The notes under the pieces: generated by a model
Seen by the model: the letters and a program-made list of their open reading frames with translations, nothing else
The model's database searches: none
What the model was told of the DNA's origin: nothing
Translations under genes and position numbers: made by a program
Assembly (NCBI GenBank): GCA_964016885.1
Contig: OZ024765.1
Coordinates: 22,444,001 to 22,508,000, forward strand
From: Eledone cirrhosa
Lineage: Eukaryota
Reading direction: 5' to 3'
Length of the DNA stretch: 64,000 nt
Part shown: in pieces, positions 41,741 through 55,471 of the stretch
How the letters are laid out: each line of letters opens with the position of its first letter
How positions within the stretch are numbered: the first letter of the stretch is position 1

Positions 41741-42169
41741 CCTCATTTATAGGGAACTTAAAGCTGTATGTAGATATGTCATCCCGTCATTAAAGAAACC
41801 ACGAATCTGATGAGCTATTATTGATTCCAGAGCCTGATCGAACGCGATTGATACTCATTGAACCTTAAGCCAAATAATTGTGAAACACATGTCACACCTG
41901 AACATTATGATGAGCTTTTGATACTTCGTTCTTATTCAAAGCCTGGAAGGGCAGGCAGTTTTTATCTGTCTGGTGGCCATGGCGAAAGAGATAGTATGGT
42001 GGACACGTTTGAAAGGGCTGAAGACGAGCACTTACCTCTTCGGTGATGCCCTGATTAACTTTTTCAAATTTCATTTGAAAAGGAAAATCAGGGTAGAGAG
42101 GGAGGTGCTCTCTTCCCAGCATTTGTTGAAAGATGGGTGAGAGAGGCAAGAATGGCCCGAGTGAGTATT

Positions 42170-42350
42170 CATTTCATTTCATTTTACGTCCACTTTTTCC
42201 CTGCTTGCTAGGGTGGGACAGGAACTGATTCTGGCTTGATTTCTACAGCTGGATGCCCTTCCTAACACCAACCTCATTTACAGTGAGTGCTGGGTGCTTT
42301 TTTGCCGTGGCACCTCCACGTCCACTTTGCAGTGGAATGATATGGGCCCC
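42170..42350 (-). mobile_element. Family 2 SINE 3' part
   Basis: Matches 10870-11045. Confidence 0.8.
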
Positions 42351-42619
42351 GTATGTGTCTGTAAATTAAAGGTGGAAAACTGGGAGAGGACACTTGCCCT
42401 GGTGGTCAGGGTCACTGTGGCCTTTTAATGGGCTTTCTCCACGAATGTCCCTCGGAGGTCTCTCTCCTGTTGGGGAATTTTTCATTGTTATTTTTTTGTT
42501 ACATCCTCTGTTTTTGTTTTTTTACACGCAGAAATGCCCATTTGTACCGTCCTGTATTGTCCTGTACTGTCCTTAATGTCTACTTTATGTAAACCCTTGT
42601 GCTTAATAAAGAAAGCATT

Positions 42620-42835
42620 GGATTGGTAGTATCGGTAGAGAGTCGGACACCATGCTTTCCAGCAGAGTTACGTCCCTTTACGGTCTGAGTTCAAATCCCG
42701 CCGAGGTTTACTTTGCCTTTCATCCTTACGGGGTCGATAAAATAAAGTACCAGTAATACACTGAGATAATTGCTGGCCTTGTGCCTAAAGTAGAAACAAT
42801 TATTATTATTATTATCATTTTTGTTATTATTATTA
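42620..42835 (+). mobile_element. tRNA-derived SINE, family 1
   Basis: Matches 6616-6813. Confidence 0.85.
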
Positions 42836-42841
42836 TAATAT

Positions 42842-42905
<64 letters not shown>

Positions 42906-43564
42906 ATATTTGTTTGTTTATATATATATAAATTTGTGTGTATGTATATATGTATATATGTATGTATATATGTTTACATACATATCTATGTGTGTATGTA
43001 TATATGTATATATGTATGTATATATGTTTACATACATATCTATGTGTGTATGTATATATGTATATATGTATGTATATATGTTTACATACATATCTATGTG
43101 TGTATGTATATATGTATATATGTATGTATATATGTTTACATACATATCTATGTGTATATATATATATATGTTTTCATATATTTATATATATATATTTGTC
43201 TATCTACCTGTCTCTCTATCTCTCCCCCTCCCCTTCACTGACTCCCCCCCCCCTCCTCTCACTCTACAATAACCAGACACCTAACGGTAAGCTACCTAAA
43301 TGTAACTGTAGCAATATCTAAATATCACATGCTTTGCAGTCATTTCACCCCACCGGACCGACACACTGACACACATATGGCCCACGACATTCCAGCCATG
43401 CCCATCCCCTTCAGATCTGCTACATTATCCTATCTGTTCCAGCCTCCACCCCAGACCCCCAACCCCCTTTGTTTTGTGTGGGTTTTTTTTTTTCTTTTAA
43501 AAAATAATGTGGCATAATGAAGATTTAGCTGTTGTTTCTAGCAGAGTGAAGACTTTGTCTGTGC

Positions 43565-44252
43565 ATGGTACTTTAGCTGCTATTTCTTGCAAAGTAGAGA
43601 TCCTCTCTCAATGAGGTATTTTAGCTGCTATTTCTAGCAAAGTAAAGATCCTTACTGCGGTATTTTGGTTGCTATTTCTAGCAAAGTAGAGATCCTCTCT
43701 CAGTGAGGTATTTTAGCTGCTATTTCTAGCAAAGTAAAGATCCTTACTGAGGTATTTTGGTTGCTATTTCTAGCAAAGTAGAGATCCTCTCTCAGTGAGG
43801 TATTTTAGCTGCTATTTCTAGCAAAGTAAAGATCCTTACTGAGGTATTTTGGTTACTATTTCTAGCAAAGTAGAGATCCTCTCTCAGTGAGGTATTTTAG
43901 CTGCTATTTCTAGCAAAGTAAAGATCCTTACTGAGGTATTTTGGTTGCTATTTCTAGCAAAGTAGAGATCCTCTCTCAGTAAGGTATTTTAGCTGCTATT
44001 TCTAGCAAAGTAAAGATCCTTACTGAGGTATTTTGGTTGCTATTTCTAACAAAGTAGAAATCCTCTCTCAGTGAGGTATTTTAGCTGCTATTTCTAGCAA
44101 AGTAAAGATCCTTACTGAGGTACTTTAGCTGCTATTTCTAGCAAAGAACAGATCCTCTCTCAGTGAGGTATTTTAGCTGCTATTTCTAGCAAAGTAGAGA
44201 TCCTCTTTCATTGAGGTATTTTAGCTGCTATTTCTAGCAAAGAACAGATCCT
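43565..44252. repeat. 92-bp dimeric tandem repeat (44+48 bp subunits)
   Basis: gtattttagctgctatttctagcaaagta... alternating two endings; period 92 (43691 to 43783). Confidence 0.92.
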
Positions 44253-44497
44253 ACTTCTTTTCTTCTCCCACTTATTCCTGAGATGGTCGGGTGGGGTCCT
44301 CAAACACTCCGTCCAGCAAGTCCTGTCAGAAGTAACCCTCTCCAACAGATCAGGCTGGGTCCCCAAGCGAGACCAGCCAAGCTCAGGGATGTTATCCAAC
44401 CATCTAACTCAGGGTCTACCCCTGGGTCTCCTGCCAGCTGGTTTTGTCTGTAAAATCTGTCCAGAGATTCTTTCCTGAGACATTCTAACCACATGTA
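44252..44497 (-). mobile_element. RTE (Rex3/Expander-like) 3' end, same family as 26685
   Basis: Minus: HVVRMSQERISGQILQTKPAGRRPRGRP*VRWLDNIPELGWSRLG. Confidence 0.85.
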
Positions 44498-44569
44498 CAT
44501 GGTACCTTACTTACTGTGGTTAACCCCGATTGAATCCAGGACTCACATATATATTTATATATAGATTTT

Positions 44570-45095
44570 CTAACCAGGAAGGGTATGGCATGGTCAGCGT
44601 GCAATGACATGCACGCCATATGGACATCTCAACTTACCAACAAGCTAAAACTGGAAATATTCCAAGCAACCATTAAGCCCATATTACTTTATGGATCCGA
44701 AACTTGGACACTAACATCACAACTTGAGAGGAGATTGGATGGCACATATACCTGCCTCTTAATGAGAGTGCAAAACCTATCCTGGAAGCAACATCCCACC
44801 TTGTCTAAAATCTATGGCAAACTCCCTCGAGCCTCTGCCCTTCTAAAATCCCGGAGAGCTCAATTTGCTGGTCACTGTCACCGTGCCAGCAATGAAATCA
44901 TATCCGCTCTCTTGCTCTGGAACCCTGACTCCAGCCTGACTAGGAGTAGGAAGCTGTCATTCCCTGACGTTATCTCTAGGGATACGGGAATCAGCAGACA
45001 GGACCTGGGGGCAGCGATGGGGGACAGGGGACTCTGGGGCATGAGAGTGAGATCCATCATCTCGACACTAGTCGACGAGTGATGATGATGATGAT
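44570..45095 (+). mobile_element. RTE-clade LINE 3' end, 5'-truncated
   Basis: ATIKPILLYGSETWTLT...RRAQFAGHCHR; (GAT)n tail; related 3' end on minus strand at 40650-40730. Confidence 0.88.
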
Positions 45096-45514
45096 ATATA
45101 GGGTCGGGAGGGCCCCTCCAGCCGTGTCAAGGGCATCACAATCTCCCTAATGTTGGTGATTTATACAGTAAACCCACCCAGAACACACTGTAAAGTGGTT
45201 GATGATAGGAAGGGCATCCAGCCATAGAAATGTTGCCAAACAAAGGGTTGAGAGGACCCCTCAGTTGCCTCGAAAGACATGACAACCTCCCCTGTCATGT
45301 GAACTCAGTAATACAGGAGACCATATATAAGGGAGACACAGACCCCTGGCCTGTCTGGGAGATCAGTAGCCACCGCTTCAGTACTGACTTGGTCGATGTA
45401 GACCTGTCCAACCCATGCTAGCTGGGAAAGCAAACATTAAAATGATGATGATGTTCATTGGAAGTCTAATTTCGATATGGTTTTGTCATTATTTTGATAT
45501 GGTTTCATTATTAG

Positions 45515-45708
45515 GGTGGATTGGCAGTGTATCGGTAGAGGGTCTGACGCCATGCTTTGCAGCATAGAGTTATGGCCCTTTACGTTCAGAGTTCAAATCC
45601 TGCCGAGGTTAACTTTGCCTTTCATCCTTACGGGGTCGATAAAATAAAGTACCAGTAATACACTGGAATAATTGCTGGCCTTGTGCCAAAAGTAGAAACA
45701 ATTATTAT
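45515..45708 (+). mobile_element. tRNA-derived SINE, family 1, inserted at the start of the 22-bp array
   Basis: Matches 6616-6813; array-like sequence on both sides. Confidence 0.85.
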
Positions 45709-47200
45709 TTCGATATGATTTCGTTATTTCGATATGATTTCGTTATTATTTCAATATGGTCTTATCATTATTTCGATGTCGTTATTATTTCAATATGATT
45801 TCGTTATTATTTCAATATGGTTTTGTCATTATTTCTATATGGTTTTGTTATTATTTCAATATGGTTTTGTCATTATTTCTATATGGTTTTGTTATTATTT
45901 CAATATGGTTTTGTCATTATTTCTATATGGTTTTGTTATTATTTCAATATGGTTTTGTCATTATTTCTATATGGTTTTGTTATTATTTCTATATGGTTTT
46001 GTCATTATTTCTATATGGTTTTGTTATTATTTCTATATGGTTTTGTTATTATTTCAATATGGTTTTGTCATTATTTCTATATGGTTTTGTTATTATTTCT
46101 ATATGGTTTTGTTATTATTTCAATATGGTTTTGTCATTATTTCTATATGGTTTTGTTATTATTTCAATATGGTTTTGTCATTATTTCTATATGGTTTTGT
46201 TATTATTTCAATGTGGTTTTGTCATTATTTCTATATGGTTTTGTCATTATTTCTATATGGTTTTGTTATTATTTCAATATGGTTTTGTCATTATTTCTAT
46301 ATGGTTTTGTTATTATTTCTATATGGTTTTGTCATTATTTCTATATGGTTTTGTTATTATTTCTATATGGTTTTGTTATTATTTCTATATGGTTTTGTTA
46401 TTATTTCAATATGGTTTTGTCATTATTTCTATATGGTTTTGTTATTATTTCTATATGGTTTTGTTATTATTTCAATATGGTTTTGTCATTATTTCTATAT
46501 GGTTTTGTTATTATTTCAATATGGTTTTGTCATTATTTCTATATGGTTTTGTTATTATTTCAATATGGTTTTGTCATTATTTCTATATGGTTTTGTTATT
46601 ATTTCTATATGGTTTTGTTATTATTTCAATATGGTTTTGTCATTATTTCTATATGGTTTTGTTATTATTTCTATATGGTTTTGTTATTATTTCAATATGG
46701 TTTTGTCATTATTTCTATATGGTTTTGTTATTATTTCAATATGGTTTTGTCATTATTTCTATATGGTTTTGTTATTATTTCAATATGGTTTTGTCATTAT
46801 TTCTATATGGTTTTGTTATTATTTCAATATGGTTTTGTCATTATTTCTATATGGTTTTGTTATTATTTCTATATGGTTTTGTCATTATTTCTATATGGTT
46901 TTGTTATTATTTCTATATGGTTTTGTTATTATTTCAATATGGTTTTGTCATTATTTCTATATGGTTTTGTTATTATTTCTATATGGTTTTGTTATTATTT
47001 CAATATGGTTTTGTCATTATTTCTATATGGTTTTGTTATTATTTCTATATGGTTTTGTTATTATTTCAATATGGTTTTGTCATTATTTCGATATGATTTC
47101 GTTATTATTTCAATATGGTCTTATCATTATTTCGATATGTCGTTATTATTTCAATATGATTTTGTCATTATTTCTATATGGTTTTGTTATTATTTCGATA
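45709..47200. repeat. 22-bp tandem array, ~65 units
   Basis: Unit atatggttttgt(c/t)attatttc(t/a). Confidence 0.97.
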
Positions 47201-47251
47201 CATCCACCCGGGGTACTTTCTATTGCTAGGTCTATTCAAAGTCTAATTAAG

Positions 47252-47447
47252 GAGGGTGGGTTGAAAATTTCATAGGCTGACTATGAAGGAGTGATGCTAG
47301 AGCTGTGTAATCTTACATGCATTAATTTCAACTCTTCTTATTAATAACTGCATTGTTTCCTTCAAGGGACTATGTTGAAAAATAAACCTCATTTGGTCAT
47401 TCCATGAGAGTATCTTGGTCAGCCGAGAAATTTTTCAGCTGACCCTC
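47252..47447. mobile_element. Mariner-type MITE, copy 1
   Basis: Imperfect ~30-bp TIRs gaggg...tgaaaa...ggctgac. Confidence 0.65.
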
Positions 47448-47531
47448 ATATATATGTGTGTATATATGTATACATCTATATGTATCTATCTCTATATATA
47501 AGTGTGTGTGTGTGTGTGTGTGTATATACTT

Positions 47532-47727
47532 GAGGGTAGGCTGGTAGAAGTTCATAGGATGTCTATGAAGGAGTGATGCTAGAGCTGTGAAATCAAAATC
47601 TTACATGTATTAATTCCAACTCTTCTTACTGCATTGTTTCCTTCTAAGGACTATGTTGAAAAATCAACCTCATTTGGTCATTCCATGAGAGTATCTTGGT
47701 CAGCCTATGAACATTTCAGCTGAGCTC
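47532..47727. mobile_element. Mariner-type MITE, copy 2
   Basis: Direct copy of 47252-47447. Confidence 0.65.
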
Positions 47728-48036
47728 CTATATGCAGTCTCGTCATTTTTATAAAAAGTATTTTGCAATGTCTAAAACTGAAAGTTTGATCAGTTGAAGG
47801 AACACAGAAGCAAAGAGATTAGAGACAATAACAAAATCAATTATTGATCTCTGTCCCTGATTTCCCTTATACCATTTATGGATGTCTGTGTGCTGGAAGA
47901 AAGTGTTCATAATAAGGAGTCCATTACTAGAACAGATGTCTAATGAATCCTTGCCATTCATATTTAAATCAAGAATTACCGTTCCTTGCAAACACTTCTT
48001 TCTATGTCAGGTGGTCTATGTTAACATGTGTATTAA

Positions 48037-48301
48037 CCCTTTAGCATTTAAACTGGCTGTACCCGGCCACAATTCTCTCACCTCTTTCTCTTCAAACTCG
48101 TCGTAACCGGCCACTCATACTGATGTTAAAGTATTCTTCTAAAAAATAATAATATCAAAATCTCATAGATTTGATATTATGTGATATAATTATGTGAGGT
48201 AAAGCCTTTACAATGAAAATACAATAGTGTATATAGAGTAAAGTAAAGACTTTACTGTGAAAATACAACAGTATATATAGAGTAAAGTAAATGCTAAAGG
48301 G
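48037..48301. mobile_element. piggyBac-type MITE
   Basis: TTAA TSD on both sides; 14-bp TIR CCCTTTAGCATTTA. Confidence 0.85.
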
Positions 48302-48305
48302 TTAA

Positions 48306-51300
48306 AGACTCCCATTAAGGTATATGACAGTATTAACTACAATTAATTCTGCAGTGTCTTAAGTCTCCCATTAAAATATATGGCTGTCTTAACTACCTCT
48401 AACTCTGCAGTGTCTTAAGTCTCCCATTAAGATATATGGCTGTCTTAACTACGTCTAACTCTGCAGTGTCTTAAGTCTCTCATTAAGATATATGGCTGTC
48501 TTAACTACGTCTAACTGTGCAGTGTCTTAAGTCTCCCATTAAGATATATGGCTGTCTTAACTACGTCTAACTCTGCAGTGTCTTAAGTCTCCCATTAAGA
48601 TATATGGCTGTCTTAACTCCATCTAACTCTGCAGTGTCTTAAGTCTCCCATTAAGATATATGGCTGTCTTAACTACGTCTAACTCTGCAGTGTCTTAAGT
48701 CTCCCATTAAGATATATGGCTGTCTTAACTACCTCTAACTCTGCAGTGTCTTAAGTCTCTCATTAAGATATATGGCTGTCTTAACTACGTCTAACTGTGC
48801 AGTGTCTTAAGTCTCTCATTAAGATATATGGCTGTCTTAACTACGTCTAACTGTGCAGTGTCTTAAGTCTCCCATTAAGATATATGGCTGTCTTAACTAC
48901 GTCTAACTCTGCAGTGTCTTAAGTCTCCCATTAAGATATATGGCTGTCTTAACTACGTCTAACTCTGCAGTGTCTTAAGTCTCTCATTAAGATATATGGC
49001 TGTCTTAACTACGTCTAACTCTGCAGTGTCTTAAGTCTCCCATTAAGATATATGGCTGTCTTAACTACGTCTAACTCTGCAGTGTCTTAAGTCTCTCATT
49101 AAGATATATGGCTGTCTTAACTACGTCTAACTCTGCAGTGTCTTAAGTCTCCCATTAAGATATATGGCTGTCTTAACTACGTCTAACTCTGCAGTGTCTT
49201 AAGTCCCTCATTAAGATATATGGCTGTCTTAACTACCTCTAACTGTGCAGTGTCTTAAGTCTCCCATTAAGATATATGGCTGTCTTAACTACCTCTAACT
49301 CTGCAGTGTCTTAAGTCTCCCATTAAGATATATGGCTGTCTTAACTACGTCTAACTCTGCAGTGTCTTAAGTCTCCCATTAAGATATATGGCTGTCTTAA
49401 CTACCTCTAACTCTGCAGTGTCTTAAGTCTCCCATTAAGATATATGGCTGTCTTAACTACCTCTAACTCTGCAGTGTCTTAAGTCTCCTATTAAGATATA
49501 TGGCTGTCTTAACTACCTCTAACTCTGCAGTGTCTTAAGTCTCCCATTAAGATATATGGCTGTCTTAACTACCTCTAATTCTGCAGTGTCTTAAGTCTCC
49601 CATTAAGATATATGGCTGTCTTAACTACCTCTAACTCTGCAGTGTCTTAAGTCTCCCATTAAGATATATGGCTGTCTTAACTACCTCTAACTCTGCAGTG
49701 TCTTAAGTCTCCCATTAAGATATATGGCTGTCTTAACTACCTCTAACTCTGCAGTGTCTTAAGTCTCCCATTAAGATATATGGCTGTCTTAACTACCTCT
49801 AACTGTGCAGTGTCTTAAGTCCCTCATTAAGATATATGGCTGTCTTAACTACCTCTAACTCTGCAGTGTCTTAAGTCTCCCATTAAGATATATGGCTGTC
49901 TTAACTACGTCTAACTGTGCAGTGTCTTAAGTCTCCCATTAAGATATATGGCTGTCTTAACTACCTCTAACTCTGCAGTGTCTTAAGTCTCCCATTAAGA
50001 TATATGACTGTCTTAACTACCTCTAACTCTGCAGTGTCTTAAGTCTCCCATTAAGATATATGGCTGTCTTAACTACCTCTAACTCTGCAGTGTCTTAAGT
50101 CTCCCATTAAGATATATGACTGTCTTAACTACCTCTAACTCTGCAGTGTCTTAAGTCTCCCATTAAGATATATGGCTGTCTTAACTACCTCTAACTCTGC
50201 AGTGTTTTAAGTCTCCCATTAAGATATATGACTGTCTTAACTACCTCTAACTCTGCAGTGTCTTAAGTCTCCCATTAAGATATATGGCTGTCTTAACTAC
50301 CTCTAACTCTGCAGTGTCTTAAGTCTCTCATTAAGATATATGGCTGTCTTAACTACGTCTAACTCTGCAGTGTCTTAAGTCCCTCATTAAGATATATGAC
50401 TGTCTTAACTACCTCTAACTCTGCAGTGTCTTAAGTCTCTCATTAAGATATATGGCTGTCTTAACTACGTCTAACTCTGCAGTGTCTTAAGTCCCTCATT
50501 AAGATATATGGCTGTCTTAACTATGTCTAACTCTGCAGTGTCTTAAGTCTCCCATTAAGATATATGGCTGTCTTAACTACCTCTAACTCTGCAGTGTCTT
50601 AAGTCTCTCATTAAGATATATGGCTGTCTTAACTACGTCTAACTGTGCAGTGTCTTAAGTCTCTCATTAAGATATATGGCTGTCTTAACTACCTCTAACT
50701 CTGCAGTGTCTTAAGTCTCTCATTAAGATATATGGCTGTCTTAACTACGTCTAACTCTGCAGTGTCTTAAGTCCCTCATTAAGATATATGGCTGTCTTAA
50801 CTACGTCTAACTCTGCAGTGTCTTAAGTCTCCCATTAAGATATATGGCTGTCTTAACTACGTCTAACTCTGCAGTGTCTTAAGTCCCTCATTAAGATATA
50901 TGGCTGTCTTAACTACCTCTAACTGTGCAGTGTCTTAAGTCTCCCATTAAGATATATGGCTGTCTTAACTACCTCTAACTCTGCAGTGTCTTAAGTCTCC
51001 CATTAAGATATATGGCTGTCTTAACTACGTCTAACTCTGCAGTGTCTTAAGTCTCCCATTAAGATATATGGCTGTCTTAACTACCTCTAACTCTGCAGTG
51101 TCTTAAGTCTCCCATTAAGATATATGACTGTCTTAACTACCTCTAACTCTGCAGTGTCTTAAGTCTCCCATTAAGATATATGGCTGTCTTAACTACCTCT
51201 AACTCTGCAGTGTCTTAAGTCTCCCATTAAGATATATGACTGTCTTAACTACCTCTAACTCTGCAGTGTCTTAAGTCTCTCTTTAAGATATATGGCTGTC

Positions 51301-53284
51301 TTAACTACGTCTAACTCTGCAGTGTCTTAAGTCTCCCATTAAGATATATGGCTGTCTTAACTACGTCTAACTCTGCAGTGTCTTAAGTCTCCCATTAAGA
51401 TATATGGCTGTCTTAACTACCTCTAACTCTGCAGTGTCTTAAGTCTCCCATTAAGATATATGGCTGTCTTAACTACGTCTAACTGTGCAGTGTCTTAAGT
51501 CTCCCATTAAGATATATGGCTGTCTTAACTACCTCTAACTCTGCAGTGTCTTAAGTCTCCCATTAAGATATATGGCTGTCTTAACTACCTCTAACTCTGC
51601 AGTGTCTTAAGTCTCCCATTAAGATATATGGCTGTCTTAACTACCTCTAACTCTGCAGTGTCTTAAGTCTCCCATTAAGATATATGGCTGTCTTAACTAC
51701 CTCTAACTCTGCAGTGTCTTAATTCTCCCATTAAGATATATGGCTGTCTTAACTACCTCTAACTCTGCAGTGTCTTAAGTCTCCCATTAAGATATATGGC
51801 TGTCTTAACTACCTCTAACTCTGCAGTGTCTTAAGTCTCCCATTAAGATATATGGCTGTCTTAACTACCTCTAACTCTGCAGTGTCTTAAGTCTCCTATT
51901 AAGATATATGGCTGTCTTAACTACCTCTAACTCTGCAGTGTCTTAAGTCTCCCATTAAGATATATGGCTGTCTTAACTACCTCTAACTCTGCAGTGTCTT
52001 AAGTCTCCCATTAAGATATATGGCTGTCTTAACTACCTCTAACTCTGCAGTGTCTTAAGTCTCCCATTAAGATATATGGCTGTCTTAACTACCTCTAACT
52101 CTGCAGTGTCTTAAGTCTCCCATTAAGATATATGGCTGTCTTAACTACCTCTAACTCTGCAGTGTCTTAAGTCTCCCATTAAGATATATGGCTGTCTTAA
52201 CTACCTCTAACTGTGCAGTGTCTTAAGTCCCTCATTAAGATATATGGCTGTCTTAACTACCTCTAACTCTGCAGTGTCTTAAGTCTCCCATTAAGATATA
52301 TGGCTGTCTTAACTACGTCTAACTCTGCAGTGTCTTAAGTCTCCCATTAAGATATATGGCTGTCTTAACTACCTCTAACTCTGCAGTGTCTTAAGTCTCC
52401 CATTAAGATATATGACTGTCTTAACTACCTCTAACTCTGCAGTGTCTTAAGTCTCCCATTAAGATATATGGCTGTCTTAACTACCTCTAACTCTGCAGTG
52501 TCTTAAGTCTCCCATTAAGATATATGACTGTCTTAACTACCTCTAACTCTGCAGTGTCTTAAGTCTCCCATTAAGATATATGGCTGTCTTAACTACCTCT
52601 AACTCTGCAGTGTTTTAAGTCTCCCATTAAGATATATGACTGTCTTAACTACCTCTAACTCTGCAGTGTCTTAAGTCTCCCATTAAGATATATGGCTGTC
52701 TTAACTACCTCTAACTCTGCAGTGTCTTAAGTCCCTCATTAAGATATATGACTGTCTTAACTACCTCTAACTCTGCAGTGTCTTAAGTCTCTCATTAAGA
52801 TATATGGCTGTCTTAACTACGTCTAACTCTGCAGTGTCTTAAGTCCCTCATTAAGATATATGGCTGTCTTAACTATGTCTAACTCTGCAGTGTCTTAAGT
52901 CTCCCATTAAGATATATGGCTGTCTTAACTACCTCTAACTCTGCAGTGTCTTAAGTCTCTCATTAAGATATATGGCTGTCTTAACTACATCTAACTGTGC
53001 AGTGTCTTAAGTCTCTCATTAAGATATATGGCTGTCTTAACTACGTCTAACTCTGCAGTGTCTTAAGTCTCTCATTAAGATATATGACTGTCTTAACTAC
53101 CTCTAACTCTGCAGTGTCTTAAGTCTCTCATTAAGATATATGGCTGTCTTAACTACCTCTAACTCTGCAGTGTCTTAAGTCTCTCATTAAGATATATGGC
53201 TGTCTTAACTACGTCTAACTCTGCAGTGTCTTAAGTCTCTCATTAAGATATATCACTGTCTTAACTACCTTTAACCCTGCAGTG
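48306..53284. repeat. 56-bp tandem array, ~89 units
   Basis: Unit ctctgcagtgtcttaagtctcccattaagatatatggctgtcttaactac(g/c)tctaa. Confidence 0.97.
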
Positions 53285-53364
53285 ACTTCATCAAGGAAGG
53301 ATCTGTATCAAATCCTCTGTTTGTTGTATAAGCTTACACCACCTTGTACCACACAGAATATTTA

Positions 53365-54688
53365 AAAATAAAAATAATGAAATTATTGTGTACAGTGCTC
53401 AGGTGCACTACAACTCATCAAAGGTGTATGTATAGTACATAGAATAATGTACAAATGTCAGGAAAGTGAACAGTGTATGAGTCATGATATACACACAGAT
53501 ACATGTGTGTGTGTATGGAGGGGGGATATCTGGTGTAGTGTTGGCGAATCTCAGGGAGCATGGAGGTTTTCAAGGATGCAGTGTCTCGACAACTAACAAC
53601 TGATGCAGGTAGTTTGTTCCATGGAGGTTTTAAAGGATGCAGTGTCTCGACAGCTAACAACTGATGCAGGTAGTTTGTTCCATGGAGGTTTTAAAGGATG
53701 CAGTGTCTCGACAGCTAACATCTGATGCAGGTAGTTTGTTCCATGGAGGTTTTAAAGGATGCAGTGTCTCGACAACTAACAACTGATGCAGGTAGTTTGT
53801 TACATGGAGGTTTTAAAGGATGCAGTGTCTCGACAGCTAACAACTGATGCAGGGAGTTTGTTACATGGAGGTTTTAAAGGATGCAGTGTCTCGACAGCTA
53901 ACAACTGATGCAGGTAGTTTGTTCCATGGGGGTTTTAAAGGATGCAGTGTCTCGACAGCTAACAACTGATGCAGGTAGTTTGTTACATGGAGGTTTTAAA
54001 GGATGCAGTGTCTCGACAGCTAACAACTGATGCAGGTAGTTTGTTCCATGGGGCTTTTAAAGGATGCAGTGTCTCGACAACTAACAACTGATGCAGGGAG
54101 TTTGTTACATGGAGGTTTTAAAGGATGCAGTGTCTCGACAACTAACAACTGATGCAAGGAGCTTGTTCCATGGATGTTTTAAAGGATGCAGAGTCTCGAC
54201 AGCTAACAACTGATGCAGGGAGTTTGTTCCATGGATGTTTTAATGGATGCAGTGTCTCGACAGCTAACAACTGATGCAGGTAGTTTGTTCCATGGGGGTT
54301 TTAAAGGATGCAGTGTCTCGACAGCTAACAACTGATGCAGGTAGTTTGTTACATGGAGGTTTTAAAGGATGCAGTGTCTCGACAACTAACAACTGATGCA
54401 GGGAGTTTGTTACATGGAGGTTTTAAAGGATGCAGAGTCTCGACAGCTAACAACTGATGCAAGGAGTTTGTTCCATGGAGGTTTTAAAGGATGCAGTGTC
54501 TCGACAACTAACAACTGATGCAAGGAGCTTGTTCCATGGATGTTTTAAAGGATGCAGAGTCTCGACAGCTAACAACTGATGCAAGGAGTTTGTTCCATGG
54601 AGGTTTTAAAGGATGCAGTGTCTCGACAGCTAACAACTGATGCAGGGAGTTTGTTCTATGCTTCAGCAACTCTGAGCCTGAAAAAAAC
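53365..54688 (-). mobile_element. CR1/L2-like LINE 3' end containing a 61-bp array
   Basis: Minus: FFRLRVAEA*NKLPASVVSCRDTASFKTSM; 3' UTR also at 58350-58436. Confidence 0.75.
53559..54660. repeat. 61-bp tandem array, ~18 units
   Basis: Unit catggaggttttaaaggatgcagtgtctcgacagctaacaactgatgcaggtagtttgttc. Confidence 0.96.
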
Positions 54689-55056
54689 AAATATTCTTCT
54701 TCTTATCTCGTAACTCCTGAGAGAGTTGTAGGGACACCGTATTGACATACAAAGCTTCCTGGCATTTTAAGCCTGGTGGATCCCATCTCTCATCCTTCTC
54801 CAGGCCTGAGTACAGTAGATTTCTTCCAGAGAAAGATAGAAAGTGAGAGAGAGGAAGTGAGAGATATAGAGGAAGAATTGACCCCAGTACTTGACTGGCA
54901 CTGAATATGTATATATATATATATATATAATATATAAGATCAAAAGATGGTTAAAAGAATTCCATGTATTTTATTGTGTAGAGTGCTTCTTATCCGATAT
55001 CAGCATTGCTTTATTGTACTACAATAAAAATCACCTCCTACATATATATATATATA

Positions 55057-55471
55057 ATATATAAGATCAAAAGATGGTTAAAAGAGTTCCATGTATTTTA
55101 TTATGCGCATTTCAAAAACAAATATCATCATGCAATAATATTTGTGTTTTCATCAGATAAAATAGGAAGACATGATATGAAGGTTAAAAAACACTTGTGA
55201 ACAGTGCAGTTTTAAATCAACATATTAAAACTGCACTGTTCACAAGTGTTTTTTAACCTTCATATCATGTCTTCCTATTTTATCTGATGAAAACACAAAT
55301 ATTATTGCATGATGATATTTGTTTTTGAAATGCGCATAATAAAATACATGGAACTCTTTTAACCATCTTTTGATCTTATATTATGTATACTCCAGTCCTA
55401 CAAACTGTAGAGTGCTTCTTATCCGATATCTGCATTGCTTTATTGTACTACAATAAAACTCACCTCCTACA
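55057..55471 (+). mobile_element. Family B pLTR hairpin with two hammerheads (55094-55164 minus, 55276-55346 plus)
   Basis: tattttat CTGATGA aaacacaaatattatt-gcat-gatgatatttgttttt GAAA TGCGCA TA ataaaata; similar to 2843-3268. Confidence 0.85.

Larger units (their letters stand above)
47805..53357 (-). mobile_element. RTE (Rex3/Expander-like) APE endonuclease fragment interrupted by a satellite and a MITE
   Basis: Minus, with frameshifts: AYTTN..YRSFLDEVTAGL [array] LMGVFN [MITE] THVN...DLNMNG..LDICSSNGLLIMNTFFQH...RSIIDFVIVS. Confidence 0.75.

Noticed and set aside
41804-41850. CTGATGA followed by GAACGCG
   Set aside because: No GAAA, no stem II and no UH site; likely chance
45734-47275. 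446-513 aa hydrophobic ORFs in all three plus frames
   Set aside because: The 22-bp unit has no plus-strand stop codon, so these are satellite artefacts
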